Positions 14,969-25,756 of a stretch of DNA of 64,000 bases are shown here, one piece after another (positions within the stretch are counted from its first letter, which is position 1; each line of letters starts with the position of its first letter). Under the pieces are notes generated by a model. The model searched no databases and was not told the origin of the DNA. It was given only the letters and a program-made list of their open reading frames with translations. The stretch is from a virus: the IMG/VR virus record IMGVR_UViG_3300030106_006091, positions 9,839-73,838 of that record; one strand, 5' to 3'. The translations under genes were made by a program, and so were the position numbers.

Positions 14969-14977
14969 TTTTAGCAG

Positions 14978-17191
14978 ATGTACGGTACCTATAAAATACC
15001 GCAACAACGTGTTTCCAGAGCGAAGAAGACCAAGAAGTGGGCGGAGCAATGCGTTGAAGCGTATATAGACATGTCAAAGTTTGGGATGTCAGAAAGACGA
15101 TCTACACTCAAAGCACTGTACGAATACTACAACGGCAACATCAATGACGAGGACTACAAGTATGTCCTCAAGCCGTATGGGAAGACAAGATCTAACTTCC
15201 CGTCACAGATGAGAAACTACCCCATCATCAAGCCGGTCATCGACTTGTTGCTGGGCGAGAAGTCTAAGAGACCGTTGAACTACAGCGTCATCGTAACAAA
15301 CGCAGATGCTGTGACGAGAAAGGAAGAAGCCAAGAAACAAGCCCTGTTTACCCAGGTCCAAAAAATGTTTCTTAATGAGCTGAGCAAGAATACGGAGCTG
15401 GTAGAAGCCCCTGAAGAAGTGCCACTGCCTGAGGAGATCATGGAACAGTTCGAGCGCACGTATGTAGACAACAGGGCAATCAAGGGCCAAGCTGCATTGA
15501 ACTACATCATGCAGCGGGAAGAGATGTACGACAAATTCCAGAAAGGCTTCTTCCACTATCTCGTTACCGGTGAGGTGTACTCACACAAAGGTGTGCGCAA
15601 TGCAGAGCCATTCTATGAGATACTGAACCCACTAGATATTGACTACGACAAAGACCCAGACATTGAGTTTGTAGAGGACGGAGACTGGGCTATCGTCAGG
15701 AAGTTTGTACACGCATCAAGTGCAGTGGACATGTTTAGCCCATTCCTTACGCCTGAGCAGGTACTGCAGCTAGAGAACCCAAAGCAACAATCTACAGAGT
15801 CGTACCTGTTGTACAGAGCAGAAGCCACTGGGGCAGAAGATAACATCTTCCGTAACCGACTGGTGGAGGTAGTTACTGTGTATTGGAAGTCACGCAAGCG
15901 CATTGGGTTCTTGACTTACAAGGACAGAAACACAGGAGTCATAGAAGAGATGCAGGTCGAAGACGGATTCCGCATACCACCTGATCTCAAAGAACAAGGC
16001 GCCAAGATTAAGTACGAGTGGATAAACGAAGTGTGGGAAGGCACGCGGATAGATGGGGACTTCTACATTAAGATGAACCCTGTCACCAACCAACGTACAT
16101 CTATAGACAACCCATCACTCTGCAAACTGCCAGTCAATGGACGAAAGTACTCAGACATCAACGCTGACAACATATCAATTGTATCACTGGGTGTCCCATT
16201 CCAGCTCAACTACAACATCTTTAAGTATAGAATGGAGCTGGCGATCGCAAGATCAAAAGACATCGTAGCCCAGTTTGACATCAACATGATACCCAAGAAG
16301 TGGGACATGGACAAGTTCATGTACTTCGTTGAGGGTACAGGTATTGCGTGGGTTGACTACAATAAAGAAGGCATACAGCTGTCACCGCAGCACCAGTCAG
16401 TGCTTGACATGTCTATCAAAACAATTGACCAGTATCTCAGCCTGCTCGAGTCTATTATGCAGGAGTGGGAGAAGATATCCGGAGTAAATAGACAACGTCA
16501 AGGTGCAGTAGGACCATACGAAGGCAAGGCTACATCGCAGCAGGCTATCGTACAGTCATCACACATCACAGAGGACATCTTCCGTAAGTACTCAAGGTTT
16601 GAGCAACGAGAACTGCAGGGCCTGATCGATTACTCCAAAGAAGCATGGCTGTCCGGTAAGAAGGGCATGTACGTCATGCCGGATATGACTACAGAGATGA
16701 TAGACATCGACTCTATGCAACACATGGAGACAGAGTATGGCATCTTCGTGTCTGACGCAGGTAGAGATCAGGACAAGCTCGAGCAAGCAAAAGCATTGTC
16801 TCAGTCTATGATACAGAACGGGGTACCAGCATCTGCTGTGCTCGATTTGTTCGACACAGAAAACTACGCAGGCATCAAGGATAAGATTGAGCGTGCAGAG
16901 AAAGCACAGAAAGAGTTGGAGCAACAGCAACAACAAGCTCAACAAGCTGCTCAGGTCGAACAGCAGAAGACTCAGCAGATGCAGATACAGCAAGACGCAC
17001 TTGAGAAAGAGAAAGACCGCCAGCTGCAGATCGAGCTTGCACTCATCAAAGCCGAGGCTACAGATAGCCAAGATAAGTTGAACATTGACCTAGCCAAGAT
17101 GCAGCAGAACTTTGAGCTAAAGCAAAGAGAGCTGGACTTGAAGCAACAGGCGTTGAACAAAGAGGGGGATCTTAGACCTGACGGAGCATGA
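14978..17191 (+). CDS. Portal protein
   Basis: Follows TerL; NYPIIKPVIDLLLGE and ISGVNRQRQG motifs; Gln-rich C-terminal coiled coil. Confidence 0.92.
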   Translation: MYGTYKIPQQRVSRAKKTKKWAEQCVEAYIDMSKFGMSERRSTLKALYEYYNGNINDEDYKYVLKPYGKTRSNFPSQMRNYPIIKPVIDLLLGEKSKRPLNYSVIVTNADAVTRKEEAKKQALFTQVQKMFLNELSKNTELVEAPEEVPLPEEIMEQFERTYVDNRAIKGQAALNYIMQREEMYDKFQKGFFHYLVTGEVYSHKGVRNAEPFYEILNPLDIDYDKDPDIEFVEDGDWAIVRKFVHASSAVDMFSPFLTPEQVLQLENPKQQSTESYLLYRAEATGAEDNIFRNRLVEVVTVYWKSRKRIGFLTYKDRNTGVIEEMQVEDGFRIPPDLKEQGAKIKYEWINEVWEGTRIDGDFYIKMNPVTNQRTSIDNPSLCKLPVNGRKYSDINADNISIVSLGVPFQLNYNIFKYRMELAIARSKDIVAQFDINMIPKKWDMDKFMYFVEGTGIAWVDYNKEGIQLSPQHQSVLDMSIKTIDQYLSLLESIMQEWEKISGVNRQRQGAVGPYEGKATSQQAIVQSSHITEDIFRKYSRFEQRELQGLIDYSKEAWLSGKKGMYVMPDMTTEMIDIDSMQHMETEYGIFVSDAGRDQDKLEQAKALSQSMIQNGVPASAVLDLFDTENYAGIKDKIERAEKAQKELEQQQQQAQQAAQVEQQKTQQMQIQQDALEKEKDRQLQIELALIKAEATDSQDKLNIDLAKMQQNFELKQRELDLKQQALNKEGDLRPDGA

Positions 17192-19251
17192 CAAACGCCG
17201 ACCGTAGACGATTACTAGAAGAGTTTAGAGCATCCGGTATGGAGGGCTCTATTCTTGACGTGTTCAAAGCCTACGAACAGGGCAGAGATATTATTGCTGA
17301 GCACAAAGCTCAACAGCAGGCGGGAGAGCCTCTGCGTGCAGAAACACCAGAACAGCAGAAAGAAGGGTTACGACCATACCACCAGGCTGGTCAAACAGAT
17401 CAGACCATGGTGTTCCCAGACGTAGAACCAGGTGCTGTATTTAACACACGGGGCATGAAAGCCCCCATTGACATAGAAAAGGTAGACAAGAGCGGGCACA
17501 TCGTTGAGTCCTACAAAAGTATACCACCCGGCATACAGCAGATACCTACGGGCCCGTACGAGGGTGACATCATAGAGTCACCGGCACAATATCAGAAAGG
17601 GGGCGATGTAGAAGACAAAGAAGAGAAGAAGCAAGACGTATCGTTGACGTGGTCAGAAAAGACTGGATTTGACAACAACAAGGTACCCGGCACACGGATC
17701 ATGACCTTCGCAGACGGCACGCAGATGCCAGTCCTGTTAGGCACAGCAGAAGTTGTAGCAAACAAAGACAGGCAAGGGTTAGACTCAGTAGAGGATGTAC
17801 TGCAACGTACCAACGCAGGTATTGCAGGGGACTACTCCAAGATAGACGAGGGCGAACGCGAAGAATACGAAACCGGGGTTACCAAAGATATAGGAGAAGC
17901 GGGTAAGACTATGATGAACGTAGCTACAGACGCATTATCATGGCCCGCTAGAATGACTACAGGTGCATTTCTAAACGTTGCCACAGGCAACAAGATCAAC
18001 ACAAACCCGTTTGCCTACACAGATGTAGCACGTGGTATAGAACAAGACAACTACTCACCGTCTACAACACTGGACCTAACTGGTGGTAAAGGAATGGCAG
18101 CAGACATGCTGCTTGACCCAACCATTGCATTTGGTGCTGGAAGAGGGTTGCTGAAAGGCATGCAGGGGTTAGGTAGATTTGGTCTTCAGTACTCCAAAGT
18201 ACCTTTTGGTTACAACCCCAAAGAAGTATTTGGACCTGTTAAGACATTGCAGAATGTCCTCAGTAAGAAGAAGCATGTAGAAAATGTAGCCAACTACACA
18301 GGCAGTATGCGAGGTCGGCGTTTACCCTATGATAAACTTCCTGGACACGTGAAAAGCCAAGCTCAGTCAAGAATAGATGCAATACGATTAGCTCTTGGTA
18401 AAGATCAGAGATTCGGGTCATATGTACCTACTGGTGGAGCCAGAAACGAATACAGGTTTGCAGCCCCAGAAGCCGCCGAAGCCAGAGCTAAATACGTTAG
18501 AACGCCCGGGACGTCTAATTTTGGTTTTAAGGTAGAAAAAGATGGTAGCGGGCTAACAAGAGACTTTAGGCGAGCTGCGGAAAAAGGAATAGAGGAGGGA
18601 ACGGGAACTAGTGTAGGATACAGAGATCAGTTGCATGGTGTGATGGGAGGTTACAGAATGGAGACAAAGGCTAAGCCTGGAGGAGGTCTTAAAATAGACA
18701 TGGTAGACGACTGGGATCTGCAACCCTTCCAACAAAAGATGAGGTTTCTTGAGAAAGACTCTCCACTATCGAAGATTCCAAAAAGACTAAGAGATAAAAT
18801 ACAGGAGTTCGAAGTATTCGATGCTTTAGGTGGTAAACCTATTCGTATAAGACAAAGCTACGACCTTGACTACGTAAATAGAGTTAGTGGACCAAAATTT
18901 GGACCTAAACAATACTTACCAAGTGCCGAAGAACTAAAACAAAGGTACATAGACTTTCTGACCAAGGAACATGGTATGTCTCTTGAGGCTGCAAAGAAGC
19001 AAGCAGCTGAGTCAGGGAAATACCAGGGAGGGAAATACTGGGAAATGCAAGCCAAGGACTACGCAGACCGTATCATGCAAAGCGATGATATGTACCGGGG
19101 AAACAAGATACCTGGAGTACGTCTTACAAACAGAGAAGGGGAGAAGTTGAGGGACTTCACTGAACCAAAGTTCGTTAGACGTTTTTCTGGTGCGTTCAAC
19201 CGTAGAGGCGGAATGGTAGATAGACGAAATAAGCGCAGAAAGCGCAAGTGA
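17188..19251 (+). CDS. Hypothetical multidomain protein (687 aa), putative internal virion protein
   Basis: Inserted between portal and scaffold; contains YQKGG and C-terminal RRGGMVDRRNKRRKRK. Confidence 0.75.
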   Translation: MTNADRRRLLEEFRASGMEGSILDVFKAYEQGRDIIAEHKAQQQAGEPLRAETPEQQKEGLRPYHQAGQTDQTMVFPDVEPGAVFNTRGMKAPIDIEKVDKSGHIVESYKSIPPGIQQIPTGPYEGDIIESPAQYQKGGDVEDKEEKKQDVSLTWSEKTGFDNNKVPGTRIMTFADGTQMPVLLGTAEVVANKDRQGLDSVEDVLQRTNAGIAGDYSKIDEGEREEYETGVTKDIGEAGKTMMNVATDALSWPARMTTGAFLNVATGNKINTNPFAYTDVARGIEQDNYSPSTTLDLTGGKGMAADMLLDPTIAFGAGRGLLKGMQGLGRFGLQYSKVPFGYNPKEVFGPVKTLQNVLSKKKHVENVANYTGSMRGRRLPYDKLPGHVKSQAQSRIDAIRLALGKDQRFGSYVPTGGARNEYRFAAPEAAEARAKYVRTPGTSNFGFKVEKDGSGLTRDFRRAAEKGIEEGTGTSVGYRDQLHGVMGGYRMETKAKPGGGLKIDMVDDWDLQPFQQKMRFLEKDSPLSKIPKRLRDKIQEFEVFDALGGKPIRIRQSYDLDYVNRVSGPKFGPKQYLPSAEELKQRYIDFLTKEHGMSLEAAKKQAAESGKYQGGKYWEMQAKDYADRIMQSDDMYRGNKIPGVRLTNREGEKLRDFTEPKFVRRFSGAFNRRGGMVDRRNKRRKRK

Positions 19252-19309
19252 TATATAGTAATAGCGAGTATAGAAAATAATTTTACAGATTTACAAACCA
19301 AACACGTAA

Positions 19310-19317
19310 TATTTTTG
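19310..19317 (+). promoter_or_regulatory. Bacteroidota -7 promoter element
   Basis: TATTTTTG, 4 nt before the ATG at 19322. Confidence 0.6.
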
Positions 19318-19321
19318 CAAC

Positions 19322-20470
19322 ATGTCAGACCCAAACAACAAGTTAGATTTTAGTGCCATCTCCTTCGACAGTGTCATTGGAGACGGTGCAGAAGGGCTGG
19401 AAACAGCCGAGGTGCCTCAAGACGTTGAGGAAGTTAGTGACGAAGTCATTGACGAAGATCCTAGAGAATACGGAGACGAAGACTTCGAAGACGGTGTAGA
19501 TGAGCACGAAAGTGACGATGAAGACTACAGCGTTGAAGATGACTACGACGACGATGAAGAAGATGAGGATGATGAGGATGATGAGTACGACGATGACGAA
19601 CTCACAGACGAAGAGTATGACGAGCTCCCCATCTCAGAAAAGATCTCCGATATTCTCGGAGTTGAAATGGAATACGAATATGCCGACACAGTCGAGGGAT
19701 TAACTAACTACGTTAGAGATGTCTCAGAAAACCTTGCAGAAGGACAGCTGCAAGAACTGTTCGAGCAGTACCCCGAAGTAGGTGCTCATCTAGAGTATGT
19801 ACTTGCCGGTGGTGACCCACAGGAGTTCTACGCAGCGAATAACCCAGGCTCAGATTACAGCCGCATTCAGCTCAGCGAGGACGATGTTACACTCCAACGA
19901 GCTATGCTTGGGGAGTACTACAAAGCTATGGGCCACGAAGATGAAATGATTATCGAGATGCTCGATGACTTTCAGCAAACAGGCAAGTTGCATAACAAAG
20001 CACTTGTAGCACAGCAACAGCTGGTCAACATGCAAGAGGCTCAGAGACAGCAGATGTATGAAGAACAACTTGCAGAAGCTAAAGAGATAGAGCAAGAGCA
20101 ACAAGACTTCTGGGGCGGTGTAGCAGAGTACATGTCAGATGACAACGAGTTCGGGGGTATTGTTATCCCAGACTCGGACAAGCAAGACTTCTTTGACTAC
20201 ATCTCTGCACCAATCGACGAAGAAGGCAATACACAAAGAGATTTAGACTACGCTGATGCTGACATTGACATCAAGCTTGCGATAGACTACCTCATGTATA
20301 GCGGGTTTAACCTCGGAGACATCATTGACACAAAAGCACGTACGCAGAGTGTCAGAGGTCTGAGAGACCGCATCCAAGCAAATGAGGAAAGAGTCAAGAG
20401 CGCTCGTAAGGCTCAGCGTAGACAACAGACATTTGATCCAGATCAGCTGGACATAAACGCGCTTTTTTAA
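19322..20470 (+). CDS. Acidic scaffold-like head assembly protein (crAss 'gene 77' position)
   Basis: Very D/E-rich N-terminus, helical C-terminus, immediately upstream of MCP. Confidence 0.75.
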   Translation: MSDPNNKLDFSAISFDSVIGDGAEGLETAEVPQDVEEVSDEVIDEDPREYGDEDFEDGVDEHESDDEDYSVEDDYDDDEEDEDDEDDEYDDDELTDEEYDELPISEKISDILGVEMEYEYADTVEGLTNYVRDVSENLAEGQLQELFEQYPEVGAHLEYVLAGGDPQEFYAANNPGSDYSRIQLSEDDVTLQRAMLGEYYKAMGHEDEMIIEMLDDFQQTGKLHNKALVAQQQLVNMQEAQRQQMYEEQLAEAKEIEQEQQDFWGGVAEYMSDDNEFGGIVIPDSDKQDFFDYISAPIDEEGNTQRDLDYADADIDIKLAIDYLMYSGFNLGDIIDTKARTQSVRGLRDRIQANEERVKSARKAQRRQQTFDPDQLDINALF

Positions 20471-20493
20471 GCAAAACTTTAAAATAAACAATC

Positions 20494-21951
20494 ATGGCTT
20501 TGATGCAAGTACTTAAGTCGTATTACAACGACCAGCAGATGACCGACACTAACTCGTTGGTCAACGCATTGATGGAGAAGCCCGAAGAGCTCTCTCCTAT
20601 TATTACGCACTTGGCCGGACGTGAAGAAAAGAAGTTTCCACTTTCTTTCCTCTCTGAGGGGGTTGGCAATACACGCTCAATCGATCGATTCGAGTACGAG
20701 TACCGTGTCAAAACTCATGAGGTAAACGTTCGACCAGTGGTTTCATCTACCGGCACTGGTGCAGGTGGTGCAATGTTCACAATCGTCTTCCCAGACAAGT
20801 GGTTCATCTTCCCATACACTCTCGTTTCTAACGAAGGTAGCTTGGCAAGAATTATGCAAGAACCTAAAGTTGTTGGAGGTGGTTATGAGTACACGTTGCA
20901 ATTGGTTTCTCCTGATAACAGCACAGGTTTGGTAGCAGGTGAGGTTGCAGCAGGCGCACTCTGGGGACAGTTGTACGCTAACGTCGGTATTGACTTCTCA
21001 CGCGGAAACGCTTCTAACTGGACAGCTCCCGGGTTGGTCCGTTCTAAGATCGGTACCGTGCGTAAGTCTTACCACTTCTCCGGTAACGCTAAGGACTACG
21101 TTGCTGAGTTTACCCTCCCACTGAAGGAAGGCTCATCTACGAAGTTGTGGATGGACTACGAGGAGTACCGCCACATGCTCAAGTTTAAGGAAGAGTGTGA
21201 GATGTACTACTGGTATGGTGCTAAAACGCACGATGCTAACGGTAAGTCTACCATGCTCGACGAGAACGGACAGCCTGTGGTCTCTGGACCTGGTTTGTTC
21301 GAGCAGATCATCAACAAGGACACTTACTCTACTCTCACACAGAAGAAGATTGAGGATACTATTGGTGACTTGTTCTACGGAATGACCGACGCTACCGACA
21401 AGCAGGTGACATTGTTCACAGGTATTGGTGGTGCACGTGAGTTCGACAAGGCTCTCCGCGCTTACTACGCTAACGGTGTTAGTGGTACGGGTGTTACTAC
21501 TGGATCAAGTGTGAACTCTTACCTCAGAACTACTGAGTCTAAGTTCATCACTGGTAGCGGTCGTAGCTTGGGTATCACTGGTTACTTCACCTCATACGAC
21601 CACGTCGATGGTCACACGGTGAACGTGGTCAAGGTCCCATTGTTCGATCACGGTCCTGTTGCTCAGGCTTCTAATAAGCACCCTGAGACTGGATTGCCGC
21701 TCGAATCTTACAGAATGACATTCGTTGACCAATCTTCTTACGATGGAGAAAACAACCTCCAGATGATTCAGAAGAAGGGTCGTGAAATGCTTCGCTGGTG
21801 TGTTGCTGGTTCTGTTGTGCCTAAGGGCTTCGCAGAAACTGACACGCGAGCTTCAGATATAGACGGTGCTTCTGTGCACATGTTGAAGACAGCTGGTATC
21901 CTGCTCCGCAGATTCGATACTTCGCTCGACTTGACTTGCACTGCATCGTAA
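20494..21951 (+). CDS. Major capsid protein (crAss-like)
   Basis: 485 aa; position in the TerL-portal-scaffold-MCP block; highly-expressed-type codon bias; GPGLFEQI and TLFTGIGGAREF segments typical of crAss-like MCPs; downstream hairpin. Confidence 0.9.
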   Translation: MALMQVLKSYYNDQQMTDTNSLVNALMEKPEELSPIITHLAGREEKKFPLSFLSEGVGNTRSIDRFEYEYRVKTHEVNVRPVVSSTGTGAGGAMFTIVFPDKWFIFPYTLVSNEGSLARIMQEPKVVGGGYEYTLQLVSPDNSTGLVAGEVAAGALWGQLYANVGIDFSRGNASNWTAPGLVRSKIGTVRKSYHFSGNAKDYVAEFTLPLKEGSSTKLWMDYEEYRHMLKFKEECEMYYWYGAKTHDANGKSTMLDENGQPVVSGPGLFEQIINKDTYSTLTQKKIEDTIGDLFYGMTDATDKQVTLFTGIGGAREFDKALRAYYANGVSGTGVTTGSSVNSYLRTTESKFITGSGRSLGITGYFTSYDHVDGHTVNVVKVPLFDHGPVAQASNKHPETGLPLESYRMTFVDQSSYDGENNLQMIQKKGREMLRWCVAGSVVPKGFAETDTRASDIDGASVHMLKTAGILLRRFDTSLDLTCTAS

Positions 21952-21964
21952 TTTGGTGTTTGGT

Positions 21965-22008
21965 TTGCAAAGGGGGGAGCTGAAATGTCGGCTCTCCCCG
22001 ATTTGCAA
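21965..22008 (+). terminator. Strong hairpin after MCP (terminator or stabiliser)
   Basis: TTGCAAA-GGGGGGAGC-loop-GCTCTCCCC-GA-TTTGCAA; weak U tract. Confidence 0.6.
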
Positions 22009-22041
22009 GCAAAGCAGTTTATTCTTAACTAAATAAAGAAC

Positions 22042-22848
22042 ATGAAAAAAGTTATAATCAGACGCAGAGAAGTCCTCGGCCACCTCCCAAAGGAGATTAG
22101 AGCTGCGGCAAAGATCAAGATAGGTTCAATCTATGTTGGTCGACAACCATTGAAAGGAGTAGAAGGGGAAGAAGCCCACAAGCTTTTGTCCGGTATACTC
22201 GACGTACCACCAGGACATGCAGACTGGCCTAGACAAGAAAAAGAGTTCTGGGCAAGCATGGCCCTAGCAATTCCCTTCGAAGGAAAAGAACTAGACATCA
22301 CGACAGACGAAGAAGGTAATCCACACAACTTGATGGATTACGTTACGTTTAAGTGGTGTCAAAAACACAGACAGGTAGCTGACTCAAGGGAAGGCATGGA
22401 TAAGGACAGACAAAAAAAGTTCTACATCTATGATCCACAAAGAGACCTGTTGAAGAAGAACGCCAAGGTTAAGGTTCAGAAGGAAGCAGACAAAGAGTAT
22501 ATCAAAGCATCTAGTGATGTATCTAAAATGAGACGAATCTATAGGCTGCTTGCTAAGGGATCTAACCCTGATAAGATGACTGACCTTGAGGTAGAGAATA
22601 ATCTTTACGATCTTAAGTCTAAAGAACCAGCTAAGTTCTTGAAGCTTGTGCTTGACAAAGACCTTGACCTCAGGGCAGAGATAGAAGAAATGGTCAGCAA
22701 AGATGTGCTCCGTAAAATTGGAAATCAGTATATTTATGGAGACGAGACCATTGGAGAAAACGTAACCGACACCATTGTTTACTTCAAAAACAAAAAGAAC
22801 TCTGGCGCAGTTAACGCGATCAGAGCTCAACTGAAATCACTAGCGTGA
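22042..22848 (+). CDS. Conserved head-module protein (crAss 'gene 75' position)
   Basis: Directly after MCP; synteny-based call. Confidence 0.65.
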   Translation: MKKVIIRRREVLGHLPKEIRAAAKIKIGSIYVGRQPLKGVEGEEAHKLLSGILDVPPGHADWPRQEKEFWASMALAIPFEGKELDITTDEEGNPHNLMDYVTFKWCQKHRQVADSREGMDKDRQKKFYIYDPQRDLLKKNAKVKVQKEADKEYIKASSDVSKMRRIYRLLAKGSNPDKMTDLEVENNLYDLKSKEPAKFLKLVLDKDLDLRAEIEEMVSKDVLRKIGNQYIYGDETIGENVTDTIVYFKNKKNSGAVNAIRAQLKSLA

Positions 22849-24092
22849 CAATACAAGAGATGCACATAGCTGTCAACCTGGGGGTGCAAAAACTTGCATC
22901 TTTCCAGGTTGACAATCTCTTACCACAAGAGATCGACCATGAAATCAACATGGCCATACGTCGGTTTATCAACCAGCGGTATAGTCCCTCGTCCAATAGA
23001 AAGCAAAGAGGCTTTGAGCAGTCGCAGAAACGCATAGATGACCTGCGCAATCTGCTTGAAGACTACCACATTGGCATAAAAGTAAACGACAGCTTAGAGG
23101 AAGCAGTTGGATCAGGCAGTTTTTTTGGTACGGTATACACATCTCCAGTAGCAGGTAACATTCAACTAGAGAGATTCAAGCTCCCTCTGGACTATATGTA
23201 CCTGATAAACATCAAAACTACGCTGCTAGACGGGTGTCACAAGCCTGTTGAGTTTGATGTAAACACAAAAGAAGAGAGATTTCTAAGAATAAGAGTGGGA
23301 ACAAGCCAACCCGGCTTGGTATTGCGCCAAATAGACGTAGCATCAAGGACAGGAGGACTAGAAACCATCTTTTCTACGCTGGGCAACAGAAATAACTACG
23401 AAGATCTGCTCAATCCACTGCTGTATGCTGAGGGATTCAAGCCCAGTGTCTCTTTTCAGGACGGATTGGCTGACATGTTCTCAGAACTAGACGTTGCAGA
23501 CTCACCTATTGCTGATTCTAACGAGTTTTTCTTGAAATATCCAACCAGTCGCCCCAATGCAAACGGGGACGTCACCACTTTTGTCAATTTTGTTACGGAC
23601 GACCCCAACCTGGCTGGAGCTTACGCCGTAGTAACGTACGATCACCCGTTTAAAGAGCTTGTAGGCAGTGATACTGCTGTAGAGTACGCCATATTCGAGG
23701 CTCCGTACAACTCAGCAAAGAGATTTCGAACTGTGACCACAAAAAACAACACATTTGCACAGTTTAAACGCACACTTTGTAAGTCAGTCCAACATGACGA
23801 CATCTTTGCACTGTTAGATGACCCATTTAACACTGCAAAAGCTTCGAATGTGATGTACACAATGCAAGAAAATTTCGTAGATTTATATTCTAACAACAAA
23901 ACGGTACCCTTGGGGGTAACGATGAAGTATTTACGTAAGCCTATCAGCGTAAACATAGGTGCTGGTATAGGCTGCGAGCTGGCAGAGCACACTCATCATG
24001 AGATTGTGGAAATGACAGTGAAAAGCATCTTGGAGTCCTTCGAGTCACCAAGGTATCAGACGCAATCTGGGGAAGTCCTAGAGAGCGAATAA
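22845..24092 (+). CDS. Putative ring/neck (head-tail connector) protein
   Basis: GFEQSQKRIDDLRNL, LPLDYMY and KYLRKP..CELAEHTHHEIVEMTV resemble crAss ring proteins. Confidence 0.7.
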   Translation: MTIQEMHIAVNLGVQKLASFQVDNLLPQEIDHEINMAIRRFINQRYSPSSNRKQRGFEQSQKRIDDLRNLLEDYHIGIKVNDSLEEAVGSGSFFGTVYTSPVAGNIQLERFKLPLDYMYLINIKTTLLDGCHKPVEFDVNTKEERFLRIRVGTSQPGLVLRQIDVASRTGGLETIFSTLGNRNNYEDLLNPLLYAEGFKPSVSFQDGLADMFSELDVADSPIADSNEFFLKYPTSRPNANGDVTTFVNFVTDDPNLAGAYAVVTYDHPFKELVGSDTAVEYAIFEAPYNSAKRFRTVTTKNNTFAQFKRTLCKSVQHDDIFALLDDPFNTAKASNVMYTMQENFVDLYSNNKTVPLGVTMKYLRKPISVNIGAGIGCELAEHTHHEIVEMTVKSILESFESPRYQTQSGEVLESE

Positions 24093-24119
24093 TGTTTAAT
24101 CCCTTAATAAATAGAAACA

Positions 24120-25247
24120 ATGGGATCTAATTTGAATCAAGTATTTATATCTAACGCTTTGACTGTGATCGAAGGCACCCAAGCTCAGTTTGGTGGTAGC
24201 CTTGCAGGCGCAGCCGCTGGTGATGATGTAGGTATTTTCACGCTGGGTACAGGTACTCCAGCATACACTAAGACAGCACTCTACCAGAAGAAGTTCGCAG
24301 GTGTTGGAACTAACGTCGACACTAGTGACAGCGGTGCCGCTGACGACCCGCTCGAAGACTTGCTTACTACTGTAGCCCCAATCTGGACAGTGAGTGGTTT
24401 CCAGATTACACAACGTCCTTTGAGTGGTAACATCATTGCATCACCAATCATCGATGCAACTAGAGTTAAGCGCATCAACTACAACGGACACGTTGCATGG
24501 GCTGGTCATTTGGCAACTTGTGTTGATGCGACTTTCGACACTACTAACTCTGTTAATAATGACTCTTACCAGTTTAAGTTCATCATAAGAACAGTGCCTG
24601 TTAACCAGACTTCATTCTACAATGACGGTATGGGTGCAGTTGAGGGTACAGCTAAAGTGTTCCCCTTGGGTTCGTTCAACACTACGAATCACAAGGCAGT
24701 CAACATGACTGTTAAGATTGCTAATCACGCTGACGCTGATGATTCTACTAACATATCTAATGCTCAGGCTGCTGTTGCAGCACACCCACTCCTCAAGAAC
24801 ATGGTGTCTTGTACAGATGTTGGTGCTGACATGGTCTTCACCTCACTCCACCCAGGATTGTCTTTCGACTTGATCGTTACAAACTTGGATAGAGATGACG
24901 ATGGTGTGGCTGCAGCTACTACTGGCGAAGTGAAAGGTGTTGGTAATGACTGGCAGGTTGCAGACGATGAAGCTCGTTGCCGTTACAGAAACGGAAGCTT
25001 TAACCGTATGTACTTCCCACAATCTGTGGATACATTCGTTACAGCAGGGCATGACTACGATAAGATTACTATCGAGTACGAAACGCCTAACTGGCCAAAC
25101 GGTGCAGGTATTGCTCCTGCAGGTAGCACTAACATTGCTACTATTTACTACACGAACGAAGGTACCGATCCAGGTACTACAAGTACCAACGAGTTTGCTG
25201 ACGTGTTCAACTTCGTTGAGAACGTTGACGAACAGTTTATTTGGTAA
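24120..25247 (+). CDS. Putative auxiliary capsid/structural protein
   Basis: MCP-like codon bias, Thr/Ala/Asp-rich, followed by a terminator; synteny. Confidence 0.6.
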   Translation: MGSNLNQVFISNALTVIEGTQAQFGGSLAGAAAGDDVGIFTLGTGTPAYTKTALYQKKFAGVGTNVDTSDSGAADDPLEDLLTTVAPIWTVSGFQITQRPLSGNIIASPIIDATRVKRINYNGHVAWAGHLATCVDATFDTTNSVNNDSYQFKFIIRTVPVNQTSFYNDGMGAVEGTAKVFPLGSFNTTNHKAVNMTVKIANHADADDSTNISNAQAAVAAHPLLKNMVSCTDVGADMVFTSLHPGLSFDLIVTNLDRDDDGVAAATTGEVKGVGNDWQVADDEARCRYRNGSFNRMYFPQSVDTFVTAGHDYDKITIEYETPNWPNGAGIAPAGSTNIATIYYTNEGTDPGTTSTNEFADVFNFVENVDEQFIW

Positions 25248-25254
25248 TAAAATT

Positions 25255-25280
25255 GGGGGGCACATAGGGTGTCCCCCTTT
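25255..25280 (+). terminator. Intrinsic terminator
   Basis: GGGGGGCAC-ATAGG-GTGTCCCCC-TTT. Confidence 0.65.
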
Positions 25281-25291
25281 ATCACTTTCAC

Positions 25292-25750
25292 ATGGCACTT
25301 AGAGGTTTATTTTCTGGGAAGAAGGTATTGGTTACCCAGCGTGGTCTTAACCGCAATACGCAGTACACGATTAAGTTTGAGAACCTGACTACAGGAGAGA
25401 CTCACACAATACGAAGACGTACGCGTGGGGGTAAGATTACAGCTAGCTTTGGTATGGACGCCAAGGGGGTACTCAAAGCAACCATGATCGACCCCGCAGG
25501 AGGTAAGACTAGCCAAGTGTCAGTAGTAACTGCTGATATAGATTGCTGCATTGCCAAACTGGTACATGACGCAATCAATTGCACATGCAAGTGCGATAAG
25601 TGCAAGGAGGATCTCAAACTCGCTGAGAGAATATTTCTACTGCTGCAGTCAGCTACATATGATGCAACACTGGGCAACATCAATGCAGCGACCGACAAGT
25701 ACAATAAAGCAAAAGAATTCTGCACAGAGCGTTGTGCATGTGGATGTTGA
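25292..25750 (+). CDS. Cys-rich structural protein (tail-hub-like)
   Basis: CC..CTCKCDKC..CTERCACGC in a helical C-terminal half. Confidence 0.6.
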   Translation: MALRGLFSGKKVLVTQRGLNRNTQYTIKFENLTTGETHTIRRRTRGGKITASFGMDAKGVLKATMIDPAGGKTSQVSVVTADIDCCIAKLVHDAINCTCKCDKCKEDLKLAERIFLLLQSATYDATLGNINAATDKYNKAKEFCTERCACGC

Positions 25751-25756
25751 TACAGC

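Noticed and set aside
19480-19625. GAY/GAR-rich repeat-like DNA
   Set aside because: It simply encodes the Asp/Glu tract of the scaffold-like protein; it is not a tandem-repeat array or CRISPR.
20459-20494. Possible frameshift at CTTTTTTAA fusing scaffold to MCP
   Set aside because: The -1 (MCP) frame hits TAA at 20485-20487 before the MCP start.
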